A program made the translations under genes and the position numbers. Below the pieces are notes generated by a model that was not told the origin of the DNA, searched no databases, and saw only the letters and a list, made by a program, of their open reading frames with translations. Positions 13,616-26,457 of a DNA stretch of 64,000 nt are shown here, one piece after another. Source of the DNA: Lama guanicoe (lineage: Eukaryota). The first letter of the stretch is position 1. Every line of letters begins with the position of its first letter. The stretch covers positions 992,001-1,056,000 of the forward strand of contig MU054323.1 of the NCBI GenBank assembly GCA_013239625.1, written 5' to 3'.

Positions 13616-14589
13616 ACAGCACAACTTTTTATTTCATTATTTTAAGAGTCACCATCACTCCCAGCTCCCTGTTGGGGTATTTCTGAGCAGTGGCATACAT
13701 AATTTTAGCCTCTAGGGAGGGCTGAGGTACTTGCCTTTCTGTCTGATACCTCTCCATTGAGGACAAATCCCTACAGGACACATGGTGATGCTGCAGCCAG
13801 CCCCTAAAATCTTGAATGAATTTGGACAGGTCTCAAAATTAACATATCTATATTTAACTATTAAGAGAGAGGAAGGGAGGACAGGGTGCAAAGAGGGAGG
13901 GAAGGAGATATATTGAAAGAGATGAGAGAAAGAGAGAGACTGATTCTTGATTCTTATGCAGGACAGATTTCTTGGTGAACAGACCTTTTACTCTCCTGTT
14001 CATTCTCAAGATGGTTTATAGCTTCATAGCTCCATACATCCATTACACAAGCACAATCAATCACAGAACTCTTTCTCACTGAGGCTCCATCCCTACAGAG
14101 AAATCCCACAGTGACTGTAGTTTTGAAAGTAGAGGATTTAAATCATCTTTCCAAAAGTGAGAATGGATATAGTCCCAGAGCACCCAGAAACCCTCCACAA
14201 ATGTTGGGACAAGGCTAACTGAAAAGATGACTAGGGGAAGTAGATGTGAGAGACGTGACTCCCCATCCAGTAAATGCTTCTCTGGGAAAGGCACTTGTTA
14301 ACTCCCACTGAAAAATAGGCCTGCTGTCCAAGTCAGCAGTGAATTACAGAAGAAATGGTGCAAAACTTCACAGCCCGGAGAGAAAACCCCAGTTGCACTG
14401 AAGTGGAGCTGTGAAATGACTCCTATATTTCAAGGAGAATTATTTTATCCTTTTGCCAAGTCACTGAAATAAACAATCACAGCTCTAAACTGTGAAAACC
14501 AGGAGGAAACACTGGGAAGATTTATAATGCACATGTTACTACTCCCTATAGCATAATTAAGATAGTAAACATAAGTGCATTTTTGTTAC

Positions 14590-14780
14590 ATCCAAAGTTA
14601 ATAAAATAACATCACATGTGCCATCTTATTTAAATTTTATAATGTATTTGTGAGAGAGATTATTATTTCATGCTGTAGATGAGAAACTAACATTCAAGTA
14701 ATTTTAAGTGACTTCTCTATGGTCACAAAGATGAAAAACAGTGATGCCAACATAGGGGTCCCAGTTTTCTCAATTCTAGT
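14590..14780 (-). mobile_element. MIR SINE fragment
   Basis: TGTAGATGAGAAACTAA...TTAAGTGACTT...GGTCACA matches the MIR core. Confidence 0.65.
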
Positions 14781-15599
14781 CCCCGTTTTCAAATCCCAGT
14801 CATAGCTATGGAGAAATGTCACAGAAGCCACAAATGTGTTATCACAACTCTGAGTACACTCATTCTTTACCCGGATCCTTTACTGACATTCTTTTAGGAT
14901 TTTTCCAATTCTATACCAAGTGTCAAAACATATTTACTATGTTTTCATGTATCTATTATTTTATAACATGTGGTTCTCCCATGTTTTTGGATTCATATAA
15001 ATATATAGAACCCAGGCTTTGACATTCATTAGCTAGGAGTCTTTTTCACATATAAATTGTATGTGTGAAAATTATACACATGTTATATATCACTATACAA
15101 TAATAACATTTGCCTTAATGATACTGTGTTTCTAAAGTCCGCTGAGTCATGGGTATTCAATAAATGGCAGCTCTTATTTTTGCTTCTACCCTAGCATATG
15201 AATATACATTGTGTGCACATAAAGAAATGGTAACGAATAGAAAACTAGAAATTAGAAAAAGGAGATGAGGGGACTACCAGGCGGCAGCAGTAACAAGCCC
15301 CACACTTGGCATGGTTTCCCTTTCAGCCTTCCTCCAGCCAGGGTGAACTCTCTCTCCTGGCTCCCACTGACTGGTTAGAACCCCCTCTCTAGCACCCTGT
15401 GCTCTTTTTATAACATTCACTTCATTCGAGGCTTCCTTTTTTCCTCATTTTTCCCCCTTTGGAATTCTTTTAGTTCTATGAAGCCAACAACTTTTCCCTT
15501 TCTCCATTGCCAGCAATTAGAAGAGGGTCAGGCACAGAGAACACTTGTACTTTGACAGCTCAGTACCCACTCTTCTTCCCAAATAGCCCCCAGTTTAAT

Positions 15600-15870
15600 T
15601 TTGGAGACCCCACCCCACCTCCTGTTGTGTGAAGCCTCAGCGGAAGGTAAATCCACGTGCCAACGTTCCCTACAAGCTTGAGGGGTCAGATGCTTCTTCT
15701 CCGCCCCCCGCCACACTGGGGCAGGTCCAGGGCTAAACGGCAGCCAGTGAGACACTCTCCCCGGTAAGTCTGATTTGTGATCCACACGGCCCAAGTCCAA
15801 AACAAATATTTAAATGTATTTATCCCATAGGCAGTGTTCTGATCAGACTGTCGACTGGTATGATACTGTT
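15600..15870 (+). promoter_or_regulatory. Candidate promoter/enhancer motif cluster
   Basis: Non-repetitive and locally CpG-richer. Motifs: CGGAAG (15641), CACGTG (15654), GGGGTCA (15682), GC box CCGCCCCCCGCC (15701), GGCCCAAGTCCA (15788), AAACAAA (~15800), TATTTAAA (15807). Confidence 0.45.
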
Positions 15871-16499
15871 GTCATTGTTTTGTGAGGTGTTGGACTGAGA
15901 GAGTCTGGCGCCCCGCTATAAGTTTCCAGTATATGCTGTTTGCTTATTTGAGTCAAACGTGGTTTCTGTTGGTTGAAACCAGTGATTTCAAAATAAGAGG
16001 GTGTAAATATTGTTTGAATTAGATTGAATTTATAACTATTACCTATCAGTTTATCAGGGAAGCATACATTTCTCCCCCTAGCTCAAATTCTACAGAAAGC
16101 TTACTAGAGCTTCTGTGTGCAAAGGCTAAGCAATGCCACAGCCGTTTGGGAGTAGGTGGTGGAAGATTTTTTTTATATATCCATTTTTTAATATCAAAAA
16201 CTCAATGAGGCTTGAGACTGTAATATTGAGTCATTATTCATAGGAGGCATTTTTTTAAGACATTAAGTTAATAAAGGACAGATACATGGCTTTGGTAACA
16301 GCTGGTCTGTTACAGCACAGAGCTTACAAGAAATCAAATTGTTTAGAATTACCATTTTCTCAGATGGATTTTCAAAACCCTTTCAACAGTGTTTTTAACT
16401 ATAGTTTCATAACAGTTAATCCAAAGCTGAAATTCCATAGTTAACACACTCAGTATAAAGAAATATTTATTATGTTTGTTCACTTATTTTCTTAGAATT

Positions 16500-16806
16500 C
16501 TTTTTTTTAAGCTGAAATATAGTTGATATACAATATCATGTTAGTTTCAGGTGTACTACATAATGACTTGACATTTGCATACATTATAAATGATCGCTAC
16601 AGTATGTCTCATAACTATCTGTCCCCATACAAACTTACTACAATATCACTGACTATATGACATCCTTGTGGCTCATTTATTTTATAACTGGAGATTCGCA
16701 CCTCTTAATCCTCTTTGCCTATTTTGCCCACCCACTCTAGTCCCTCCCTTCAGGCAACCACTCTTGTTCTCTTTCTCTAGGTCTGTTTTTGTTTTGTTTG
16801 TTTTGT
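16500..16806 (-). mobile_element. L1 3' end (laurasiatherian/artiodactyl type)
   Basis: Poly-T followed by GAAATATAGTTGATATACAATATCATGTTAGTTTCAGGTGTAC...; imperfect TSD TTAGAATTCTTTT / TTAAAATCCTTTT. Confidence 0.8.
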
Positions 16807-17429
16807 TAAAATCCTTTTTTTTTTTTAACTAGATACTCTAACTCCTAAATTCTAATCTAGATCAACTCATGATTATAGTTGATTTCTCAAAAAAGAAAAA
16901 CAAAAACATTACAGTTGGGACTTAGTGTCTTTCCTGGAAAAACAGCACAAACATGTTGTTTGTCAAATAATCTCTTTAATAGTTGTAAGAGGTGCAGGAT
17001 ATGGAAACCATCACATTTTGCCAAGCAGTGCAGTTATTTTAAGGAAAGCCAATGCTTTATTGCTGTGGTTTAGGATCAAGGCAATAATTTCAGAATAAAA
17101 TTATATTATAATTTGGATAATTTAAAAAAGAGGCTAAAATAGAACGTCATAAATACAACTGAATATAATTTAAAGAATGAAAAAAATCAAATTAAAAGAT
17201 CCCTGTTATGTTAACTGTGAGGCTGTAACAGAGCCTGGTTGGAATTTTTAAAGTAAATTACGTGAGGGAGAAACATTTTATAACTTCCAGTCATACCCAA
17301 AATGACTTACCTGAAAATATTACCAGAATAAGAAACAAGGCATTCTGGTTTCAATCCAGGATATATCATGTACTTCGATTCCTCGTTTGTAAAATGAGGT
17401 GGTTGTACCTACTGATCCTTAGTTTTTTC

Positions 17430-18350
17430 ACATGTTCATTAGTTTTCCTATATATTCATAGAGATACAGACGTCTCACGTTACTCAAGAGCACATTGCTT
17501 CACAAACATTACTGAGAACGCTGTGGATTAGACACTATAGCAGGCTTTAGATTTACAACCCAGCTCTTGCAAATCTTCACAATCCAGGGGAAACTGCTAA
17601 GGAACAACCAGAGGGAATCCTCACTGCAGACACAGAGGCAGCCCCAGGCTGTGACGGCAGCACTGAGGACGATCGCTTACCTGGGCTGGGTGTCCAGAGG
17701 ATGTTTCCTGGAAAAGATAATGTCTGTGCTGAATTTTAAAGTATGTTCGCAAAAGAGGAGAGACTGGAGCACACCAGCAGAAGGAACAGCTTGAGAAATA
17801 TGCAAAGTGTGAAAAAGCATTTTGTGTACAGGAAATGAGAAATGGCCCAGCACTTCACAGTATAAAACACAAGGCTGAAAGTGGTAAGAGGCAGGAGAAG
17901 CTGGAGAGGAAGGTGATCTTTTTTTTTTTGGCCACGTAACATATTCAATTATTGAATAAAAGGTAGGAAGACTACTAAGAAAGCCTGACCAAGTCTGCAC
18001 AAGAAAATGAGTGATGAGGAGGCTACGAGAGGAGGGGCCAGTATCCAGAGGCTGGAGGAGTGCTCTTGCAGGAAATGTAGTTTGTAGTCTGTACAGAATT
18101 GATAAATACATGGGGATATATGAACTCACATAAGGCCTGGAAGAGTAATCAGAACTGTGAACCAAGAATAGAACTCCCCAAATTGAGTGCTAGATGGAAG
18201 AAGCAGTGCTTAGGAAGGAGGCTGAGAAGAAATGGTCAGGAGTCTAGGAATAGAAATAAGTAGTATCCAGATCCAGAGGGTAAAACATTTCAAAAAGGGT
18301 GACATGGCAGAGAGTGTGAAATTCAGCCAGTGACAGTTAAAGTAAAGAAT
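17430..18350 (-). mobile_element. L2 LINE fragments
   Basis: Purine-rich L2-like motifs (GGAGGCTGAGAAGAAATGGTCAGGAG; TTTCAAAAAGG...GTGTGAAATTCAGC). Confidence 0.55.
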
Positions 18351-18524
18351 CAGTTGTTCATTTAGACTTAGCTCCAGAAAAATAATTGGTCAGAGAAACA
18401 GCTGTTGCAGGAACATGGAGTAAAAGAAGACAGATGCCTCTGAATAGCGAACGAAGTGGGGAGTCCAAAGGGGTAGAAACCAATAACTTAACACAAGTAA
18501 AACACCAAATTTTGACCCCATGGA

Positions 18525-18680
18525 AATTTTGAAAAAAAAAAAAAAAGATGTGAGAAAAGGGACAGTTACTGAAGTTAAGCAAAGACAATCTAGCATACAA
18601 ATAGTAGGAGTCCCTGAAAAAGAAGACCAAAGCAATGGAGCAAATATTAAATAAGCTATAATTCAAGAAGACTTTGACTA
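18525..18680 (+). mobile_element. L1 ORF1 fragment
   Basis: TCTAGCATACAAATAGTAGGAGTCCCTGAAAAAGAAGA...AAATATTAAATAAGCTATAATTCAAGAAGACTTT resembles L1M ORF1. Confidence 0.65.
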
Positions 18681-18929
18681 CCCATGGGATAGATGCTGTG
18701 AGACAGCACGACGACAGAGGAGTCCTCAGAACTTTCAAATTAAAGGGGTAAGAGCACAGATCCATTCAGCGTTCATCCAGATACTCCTTCCTTTGTAAAT
18801 TCTTCTCTGACTTCATCCAACTGTTTGAATTCTCACATCACTTCACTTACTGAGTCTGCATGAACATTGGCCATTTCTGTCTTTTATTCCAGTTACTGAT
18901 GTTATAAACTAACAATGATTAGTTATAAC

Positions 18930-19190
18930 CTAATAATGATGAACAGTGCCTAAAATGCATGAAGCTTTTATTCTGTGCCAAATACTGTTCTGAGTCATTT
19001 ACGCATATCCTAACTTATTTAATAGTCGTGAGAAGCCTATGAGAAAGGTGCTTATACGACCCACTTCATTTCACAGATGAGGAAACTGAGGGACAGCAAG
19101 TCTGAGTATTCTTCCCAAAATCTCACAGAGAATTACCATTTCTCAGTTAAACACAGCCCGGATCCAGATTACATGCATTAGACCACTGTT
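18930..19190 (-). mobile_element. MIR SINE
   Basis: TGTGCCAAATACTGTTCTGAG...CATTTCACAGATGAGGAAACTGAGG is the MIR core. Confidence 0.85.
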
Positions 19191-20199
19191 GTGTGCTATC
19201 TCTCAATGTTTATAAGCCACAACACTTGGGAGAGTGCTGGGTGAATAGGAAAAGAAAGAAACATTTAATGGGTAACTGAGCCATGAGCAAATTGTACATC
19301 TTGCCCAGAGGGAAAGGTTACAAGCATGCATGCTGTACGTTCCTAGCTCTCAGCCGCCTCCCTAGTTTCCTTGTGGCACCTGATCTTTGGAGTAAGGATA
19401 TTCAGACCAAAGCTGCAGGTCTCATCTGTACCTGGGGAAGGAATGCAAGTAAGAATAGAGGCTTAGTAAGGAAAGCTGGAAAAAGATACTGCTCTCCACT
19501 AGCTTGACCGTCTACCATGAGTCATGAAAATGCCAAGTGCTTTTCAACCTACCAGGTGAGTCACTGAAAGAGAAGCACAGGCGGCCCAGGAAAGGGTATC
19601 ATTCAGGAAGTGTTTACACAAGCGGCGCTGCCATTAGTGGGACATCACAGGAGAGATGGTTTCCTCAAAGACACGCAGACCTGCCTCTTGCCTTTCTTCC
19701 TCCAGTGCAACTCAGTGGGCTGTAAGTAGTTCTTCTGCAGTCAAAACCAAGTGAGTTAATTCAGTTTGCCTTCCTAAAACTGACCTAGGTTATGGGAACA
19801 CAGAACAAAACCTTGGAGCTGGAGGGAACCATGGAGGTTATCTTGGAAAGGAAATTCTACCCAGCACAGGAAGCAACAGCCTCAGGTACTAGTGGCAAAG
19901 TGAGTGAGCATTTGCTGCTGAGACTCGATGTGTAAAATGCACATTCCTGTTCCAGGGGCTGGGTCTAAGCACACTGTCACACCCCTAGTTACAAGCCATG
20001 GTGGCTGACAGTTGTGTTGAATGTTCTTTTCTTATATATGGAAAAAAAAAGTCAATTTGAAAACTCTTTGTGTTACTGGTATTTCTGGAGACGAATTCCA
20101 AGTTTTGTGTTGTTTACACAATGAAGTTAAATTCTTTCCCATCAGTCCAATTTGCATTTCAATCATTCTGTCAGTAATTTACAATCTTACAAATTGTGT

Positions 20200-20755
20200 T
20201 AACTCACATTTGCCACACCACAAGACCTTTCTTACCATACCCCTCCACTGAACGTCTTCTCCATTCCCTTCCCTCTTCTCTGATTGTCAAAATGTCTTAC
20301 CTTTCCAAGACCAACTGAAGTATCTCCTCTTTAAAGATTTTTCCTTCCTGAGTACCTCTTTCCTCCTTCAGTATCTTTTATCTTTAATGCAACATATCAA
20401 ACAGGTGCATTTTTGTGTGCTTCTACTACTATTTTTTTATGCTTTCATGGTGCATAGATTGGTTTATGGAATGTAATATTCAATGAATGTTTGGTAAACT
20501 GCACTGAACTGACTCAATGTTTCTGGGAGACAAGTGTCCTATAACACAAAGAGCACAGGATTTGAAATTGCAACGTTTGTGTTTAAACATTATCCCCATC
20601 ACGCTATCTGTACGTTCTGACCAAAATTACTTGACCTTGCTAAGCATCAGACTTTTCATCTGGCAAATCTGGATAAAAATGTTTAACTCACAGATATATG
20701 GTCCAGATTAACTAAAATGATACCTGTAAAAAAAAAAAAGTATGTAAAACTCCAC
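20200..20755 (+). mobile_element. L2 3' end followed by MIR fragment
   Basis: L2-like tail ATTCAATGAATGTTTGGTAAACTG, then MIR-like AGAGCACAGGATTTGAAAT...AAATTACTTGACCTTGCTAAGCATCAG. Confidence 0.55.
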
Positions 20756-22008
20756 ACAGATCATTGTTGCTAAAAGTTCCCAATTGATTTGGGGTCAAGA
20801 ATGGTGGTTTCACAGGCACTATGGAACTTTATGCTGTGATTTCAAACTAAAAAGCTGGTTGGGTTTTCTTCCTCAGACACAGACCCCCTACGCAACATAG
20901 CACAGCTGGATAGAGCTTACTTCCCAATTCAATGCCTTTTTATAGCCACTTTTCTCACAAGCCAACAAAACAGAACACACACTTCCTACTGCTAATCAAT
21001 GCCACATGTAGTACAAAGCGCAATTACGCTCAGAAAAAGGAAGAGGACATTAATAATAGAATGCTTGATTACTGAGAGATTAGAACCCGAAATTGTGTTT
21101 ACATTCTCGGTTGGAAGGTATAATTTAATTAGCCAGCCTGGAAAGGTCTTAGATGTGATAGAAAACTCATATTTCACTTCTGCAATTTCAGAGCCTCTTT
21201 CTCTTAATTCTCTTCTTCCTAAGAGTTCCTCGGTGCTCACTGTATGCCTGGTGTAGGAAACTTGGGTGACTTTGGAGTACAGATACAGGGCGAAAAACCA
21301 GTTTTGCTCAGCTGACTTCTTACTCAAATGCCGGCAGTGGCCTAAGTCTTTGTTCAGACTCAGCATGTCGGGCTCCTTGGTGGCAAGGACCACAGGTTAC
21401 TCACTCTTCAGAGGGTGGAGCGCACCGCCCCCCCAGTTTCTTGGAGGGTAAAAATATGAGGTGTCTTGGAAAATTTCACACGTGGCAGGAAGCTGGCATT
21501 GAAGAGGTCATTTCTTGCTGGCTGTTGCCAGAGAGGCCGGGACCAAGAATTCTCAGATGCTTGGACAGATGCCAAGTTCACAGTAAGTTCCAAAGAGAAG
21601 GGTTCTAAATGTTAGCTGCTCAATAGGAGGAGATTCTTAATACACTGATATTCTGGCTTGTGACAATCCCATTCTAGGGAAAACAGCATATGGGAAGAGG
21701 ACCTGAGAGAATTTCATCCAAGCCACCCCCTTCAAGATGCTTCCTTGCCTGAGGACGAAGGTAGGGCATACCTCTCTCAGTCAGGGCGCTGCCTTAGGGG
21801 AGATGTTAAGAGATCCCAAGCTTTCATGGTGAAAGCCTGCAAAGAAACTCCAGAGGGTTAAATCTAATTGGCCTCACTCATCTTGGTTGATGAAGATCCC
21901 ACAGAAGTGATCCAAGTGCAGCAAGAATAGTCAGAACTGCCCGACTGTAAGAGCATCTAAATAAAGACAGCTTGACTCATGAAGCAGGTGGCAGTGATGG
22001 GTTGGGGG

Positions 22009-22199
22009 TAGGGCTGCCAGATAAAATACAGAGTACTCAGTTAAATTTGAATTTCGGATCGACAGGAAAAGTTTTTGAGGTTAAGTATGTCCCAGGTATG
22101 CATAGGACAAACTTATCCTTAAAAATTTATTTGTTGTTGACCTGAAATTAAAATTTAACAGGGAATCATGTATTTTCATTTGGGAAATCAGACCACCCA
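22009..22199 (+). mobile_element. MER53 hAT MITE (palindromic), full length
   Basis: AGGGCTGCCAGATAAAATACAG...TAAGTATGTCCCA...GGACAAACTTA...AAATTTAAC; internal inverted symmetry; 8-bp TSD GTTGGGGG (22001-22008) / GTTGGGGA (22200-22207). Confidence 0.85.
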
Positions 22200-22304
22200 G
22201 TTGGGGAAATTGTCCTGTCCCAGAAGGTTGGACACTCCTGTTACTAAAATAACACCTGAGAATGGTTTTATATGCCCTGTTGTTTTCTAGCATCTTAGAG
22301 TCGA

Positions 22305-22545
22305 TTAGGAATCAGATTACCTGGTTTTGGAATCCATATTCCCTAACATTAGTTTATAACCTTGGGCAAGTTAACTTCTCTGTGCTTCAGTTTCTCCATC
22401 TGTGAAATGGGGATGGCCTGACCTGAACCTGTCTCATACTGGTGTGGTGAAGATCAAGTTAACAGATACGTGTGATGTTCTGAACAGTGCTTGGAACATA
22501 GTAAGTCCTCAGTAAATATTTGTTGAAAAAAATAGCTATTTATTA
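22305..22545 (+). mobile_element. MIR SINE
   Basis: ACCTTGGGCAAGTTAACTTCTCTGTGCTTCAGTTTCTCCATCTGTGAAATGGGGAT...GAACAGTGCTTGGAACATAGTAAG. Confidence 0.9.
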
Positions 22546-23259
22546 TGATTTGGGTAGTTTAGCACTCTTATGACCATGGCTGTCCTATTGGGTGGTAGCT
22601 GAAAGTAGTAAGAGACTTCAGTACCGTTCTTTCAGTGTTCTTGCACAAGGATACTGACCTCCACACCCCCAAGTACCTCTGCCTGCCAAGACAAGAACTC
22701 GTGACAACAGATGAAGTCATGGCACCAAGTAGAAATATCATGTTGACATTTGGATAGAAGCTGGTGCTTTGTGAATGGCAGCAGCCACTTCTAGTGCTGA
22801 AGCGGCCTCAGATCTGCACAAGATAGTGGACACTGGCAACATGACTGAGAGGAGATGGCCTGAGGCTGGGAGCAGGGTCAATCTAGATGGTTCTTTAACG
22901 AGACCATGTATTCACCAATCTTCCAGAGAATCAAGAACACTGAAACTCATTGTTCTGTCTTTAAGTTCAATGCATGCAGATGATTCAGCGATTTTTCTCA
23001 GCTCTGGCAGACCCAAACATTGCCCTTTCTCCCCAGCTCAGGTGAGGTCCTTGGCTGGCTTTCCTTCCGTTTTTAGAGCTGCTTCCACTGCATCCATTAC
23101 TGTTCCTAAAGCCTGGCGGTGGAGTAGGATACATTTTCTCCAGTCTCTTGTTTTAGTATTACTTCTAGAGATAAGCACATATGGTCTTTGGGCTTTTAAG
23201 AATTTTAAATGTCCTCTCTAGGGGGGACTGAACAACAGAGCCCTGTCATGGCACCACTG

Positions 23260-23480
23260 TGGAATGACTGGAACACCAGAATTGACAGACACAATATGGA
23301 CCTGTCATCTGGATCTGTCACTGACCAATGATGTGATACTGGGCTGGCTGATTAACCAACCTGGATCTCGAGTTTCCACACCTATAAAAAGAGCGTAATT
23401 ATATTCCCTGCACTGCCTACTGCAGAAGGTTGTTATGAAAGTCTACAGGACGATACACGTGAAAGAATTGTGTAAACCAT
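23260..23480 (+). mobile_element. MIR/MIR3 fragment
   Basis: TCTGTCACTGACCAATGATGTGATACTGGGC...AGTTTCCACACCTATAAAA. Confidence 0.6.
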
Positions 23481-24369
23481 TCAAACACAAACAAGTTGTT
23501 ACTTTTATTGTTATTAATTCTCACAGCCTGTGAGAGACTGGAAGCTTGTGTGAGAGACGACACCATATGCTTTCATGTACTAGATTGGGGACACTTATTC
23601 ATTGCAAGAGGAACATTCAAATTAAAATTTTAAATTCAAGAGTCAACTGCACTGTATCTGAATCAAATATTTTTATTTCCATGGCCTGAGTGCAATTCAG
23701 GATGTCACCCTTGAGAGAATGTTACGGCCACTAAGTGAATTTGCCTGGCTCCTACAGTGAGATCTGAGTGCCAAAAAGTGGCCATGTACCAGCACATTAT
23801 AAAATGCATCTTGGTACAATTTCCAATAAGTCTACCAAGATTATATTTTAATTTCCTGGGGCCAGGATAGCATCCCCAAATGCCCTCTTTGCTAGAATTC
23901 CCAGGAATGCTAGAAATACAAGCAGAACTAAATCAAAAATTTTAGTTGAAAGACAAAGTTGGACTTTAACCCAATGACTGGTTCACAGAGGTTGGCAAAG
24001 TCTACTTTCCTTCTTCACAGCACTAGCTTAACTCATCTCACAAAAGCTGATTTCACACACATTTCCTTCCTGCTATCACCTCAGCCCAGGGAACAGCCTG
24101 GCTTCTCCACGCCTCACTTCAGGGTCTCGTCGACCGACAGTAGCCATCAGCTTTATTCAGTCTTTTCAGTTTCTCTGCCTATATATACAGATAATTTACA
24201 GAACTGTTTCCATGTTTGTGAAATGGAAGCCTATAGTCTGCTTTCTTTGCCAAATCTCTTTTCTTCTCTTTAGACAGTCCTATGTCTTTGGACGATCTAT
24301 TTTCCTTCTCCTGAAATTTTCTCCCTGACGCTTTTTTCCACTGTAGCCATGTTGAAAAAAGGACAGGAT

Positions 24370-24461
24370 GAAACAAAGAGAGAAAGAAAAAAAAAAAACA
24401 GAAGGAAGGAAGGAAGAGAAGAAGGGAAGGAGGGAGGGAGGGAAAGGAGAAAGAAAGGAAG
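24370..24461. repeat. A-rich/(GGAA)n low-complexity tract
   Basis: Purine tract read directly. Confidence 0.9.
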
Positions 24462-24509
24462 ACTTGCCTGTAGGAAACTTTTTACATTCCTCTGGGCCCA
24501 CATTCTTAA

Positions 24510-24950
24510 AACATTTTATCTAATTTTAATAATAATTGTATATTCTTGTGCATAACATAATTTGAAACACATATACACAGTGAGGAGGTTACTACAGTAA
24601 TAAGTAGGTGACATATCATATTCCCACTGAGTTGTCATTGGTTGCGTGTGATGAGAACCCCTCTGAAACCTGCTCTTGGCATATTTCCAGGAGTCAACAT
24701 AGTATTGTTAACCGTAGTTGTCATGCTTTTCATCAGATCTGCAGACTTATTCACCCTACATAACTGCAGCTTTGTCCCCTTTGACCAACATCTCTCACTG
24801 CCCCCTGCCCCCCAATCCCCCAACCCTGGTAACCACTCTTCAATCATCTGCTTCTGCATATTCAACTTTTTAGATTCCACCTATAAAAAGATCATGCAGT
24901 ATTCGTCTTTCTGTGCCTGGCTTGTTTCACTTAGCACACTGTCCTTTAAA
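24510..24950 (-). mobile_element. L1MA-type 3' end
   Basis: ATTGTTAACCGTAGTTGTCATGCT...CCCTTTGACCAACATCTC...TTTTAGATTCCACCTATAA...TCTTTCTGTGCCTGGCTTGTTTCACTTAGCA. Confidence 0.85.
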
Positions 24951-26457
24951 CCTCACAGTGTAGACACCTGATCCATCCTGCTGCTACCTGGACAAAATTC
25001 CCTGTAATCTGGGTTGGTTTTTCCAGGCCTGCTAAACTGCAGAAACTGAAAACAAGCGGAAGTTCTCCTGTAATCACGCTGCCATCCTCACCCTGGATGT
25101 GCCCCCATGGCTTTCACAGAAGGAGCTGTTCGCTAAAACAAGTGGCTCGGCCGAGGGTAGGATGCTTCCTCTCCAACGTACAAGGTGAAGATTGAATTGT
25201 TGGCTACGAGACAAGGTCTTTATCATGGTCTGAGGTAGGTTAGTTTAAATGAAGCTTAATTCTTGGCCATGAACTTAGTCTTAATCGATTTATTTCAAAG
25301 GCAAATGAAATTCTACAAGGCTTCATTATGGATGGAACTCTTTCTGAATTATCCTAGACAGGAACCTAGCACTGAAGGTCAAAGAACACAGACTGTCCCT
25401 TATTTGCATCCGCTTCCATATTCAGTGATGCAATGTGACATGTCACTCAGTGGATCTGGGGACAGGGGTGGGGCTGAGGAAATAGGGAGACCTTGTCTGG
25501 GCAGTCAGTGAACTGGTTGGTGCAGGAGCATTAGTAGATGTCCAGAATGGGAGCACTGGATTCTAAAGTGGAAATTAAACTAGAAGTTGAGCAAAGGAGC
25601 CTTGAGTAAAAGAAAGCCTTACTGAAGTTCATGAGCAAAATCCCTACGCAAAGTATAAATTTGAGACGTTCGTGGAAACCAAACTCTTGAAGTCACTGTA
25701 CAGAGAAGAGGAGATTAGATGTCCAGAGTTTTGCAGCAGATTCCCCTTTTTCTACTAACAATTGTTCTGCATATTGGATATTTTGAAAAATGACTTCCTT
25801 TCCCATAGGAACCACATACATGCAAGGGCAAATGAACATGCACACACAGACACAATATAAGGAAATAAGCAAACCTGTTTCACGATTCCAGGGAAAGAGC
25901 TCCTCAGGCTGAGGTGTGCCGAACAAAATAAAACAAACACAGACAACAACAATTTTGAAAACTATTTTCCAAGTGTGTGTCTTTAGAGCCGTCCTGGTTT
26001 CCACCACCTCACACTCATCTCTTTCCTAATTCATCTTCAGGCTTTGAAGATGTAAAGTAAAGTTCTCACTTAAGCATACAGTCTGTTCAGCTGTTTTGGG
26101 GGGTGATGGGGAGGGCTTGGGATTCTTGACAGAAAGACACAGAGATCTGCTCTCCAATGGATAAGCCCTCATTTTGATTTTTACCAAAATGGTTCTAGAG
26201 CTAAAGGCAGAGAGCATATTCCTGCTTCATACTGAGCTCCCAAGGATGAGATCTCTGTGAATCTCAAAAATTTCTCCTCCCCTTGATTGGGAGAAGAGTG
26301 CCTTGATCACCAATGGCAGATACATACGATAAAACCCAACACTGCAATTTTTTGTTTTACTTTTTCTATTTTATTTTTTTTTACAAAGAGTTAAATCTAA
26401 TAAATCCTAGGAAAAGCCCAACTCAAATTAACAATAGTCAAATTAACACCTATCTTT

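Noticed and set aside
17677..18765. ORFs of 162 and 135 aa
   Set aside because: They overlap L2 and L1 fragments, have no recognisable domain, and their composition reflects the repeat strand bias.
22775..23221. 148-aa ORF
   Set aside because: No recognisable homology, domain or convincing splice context; the length is within chance expectation.
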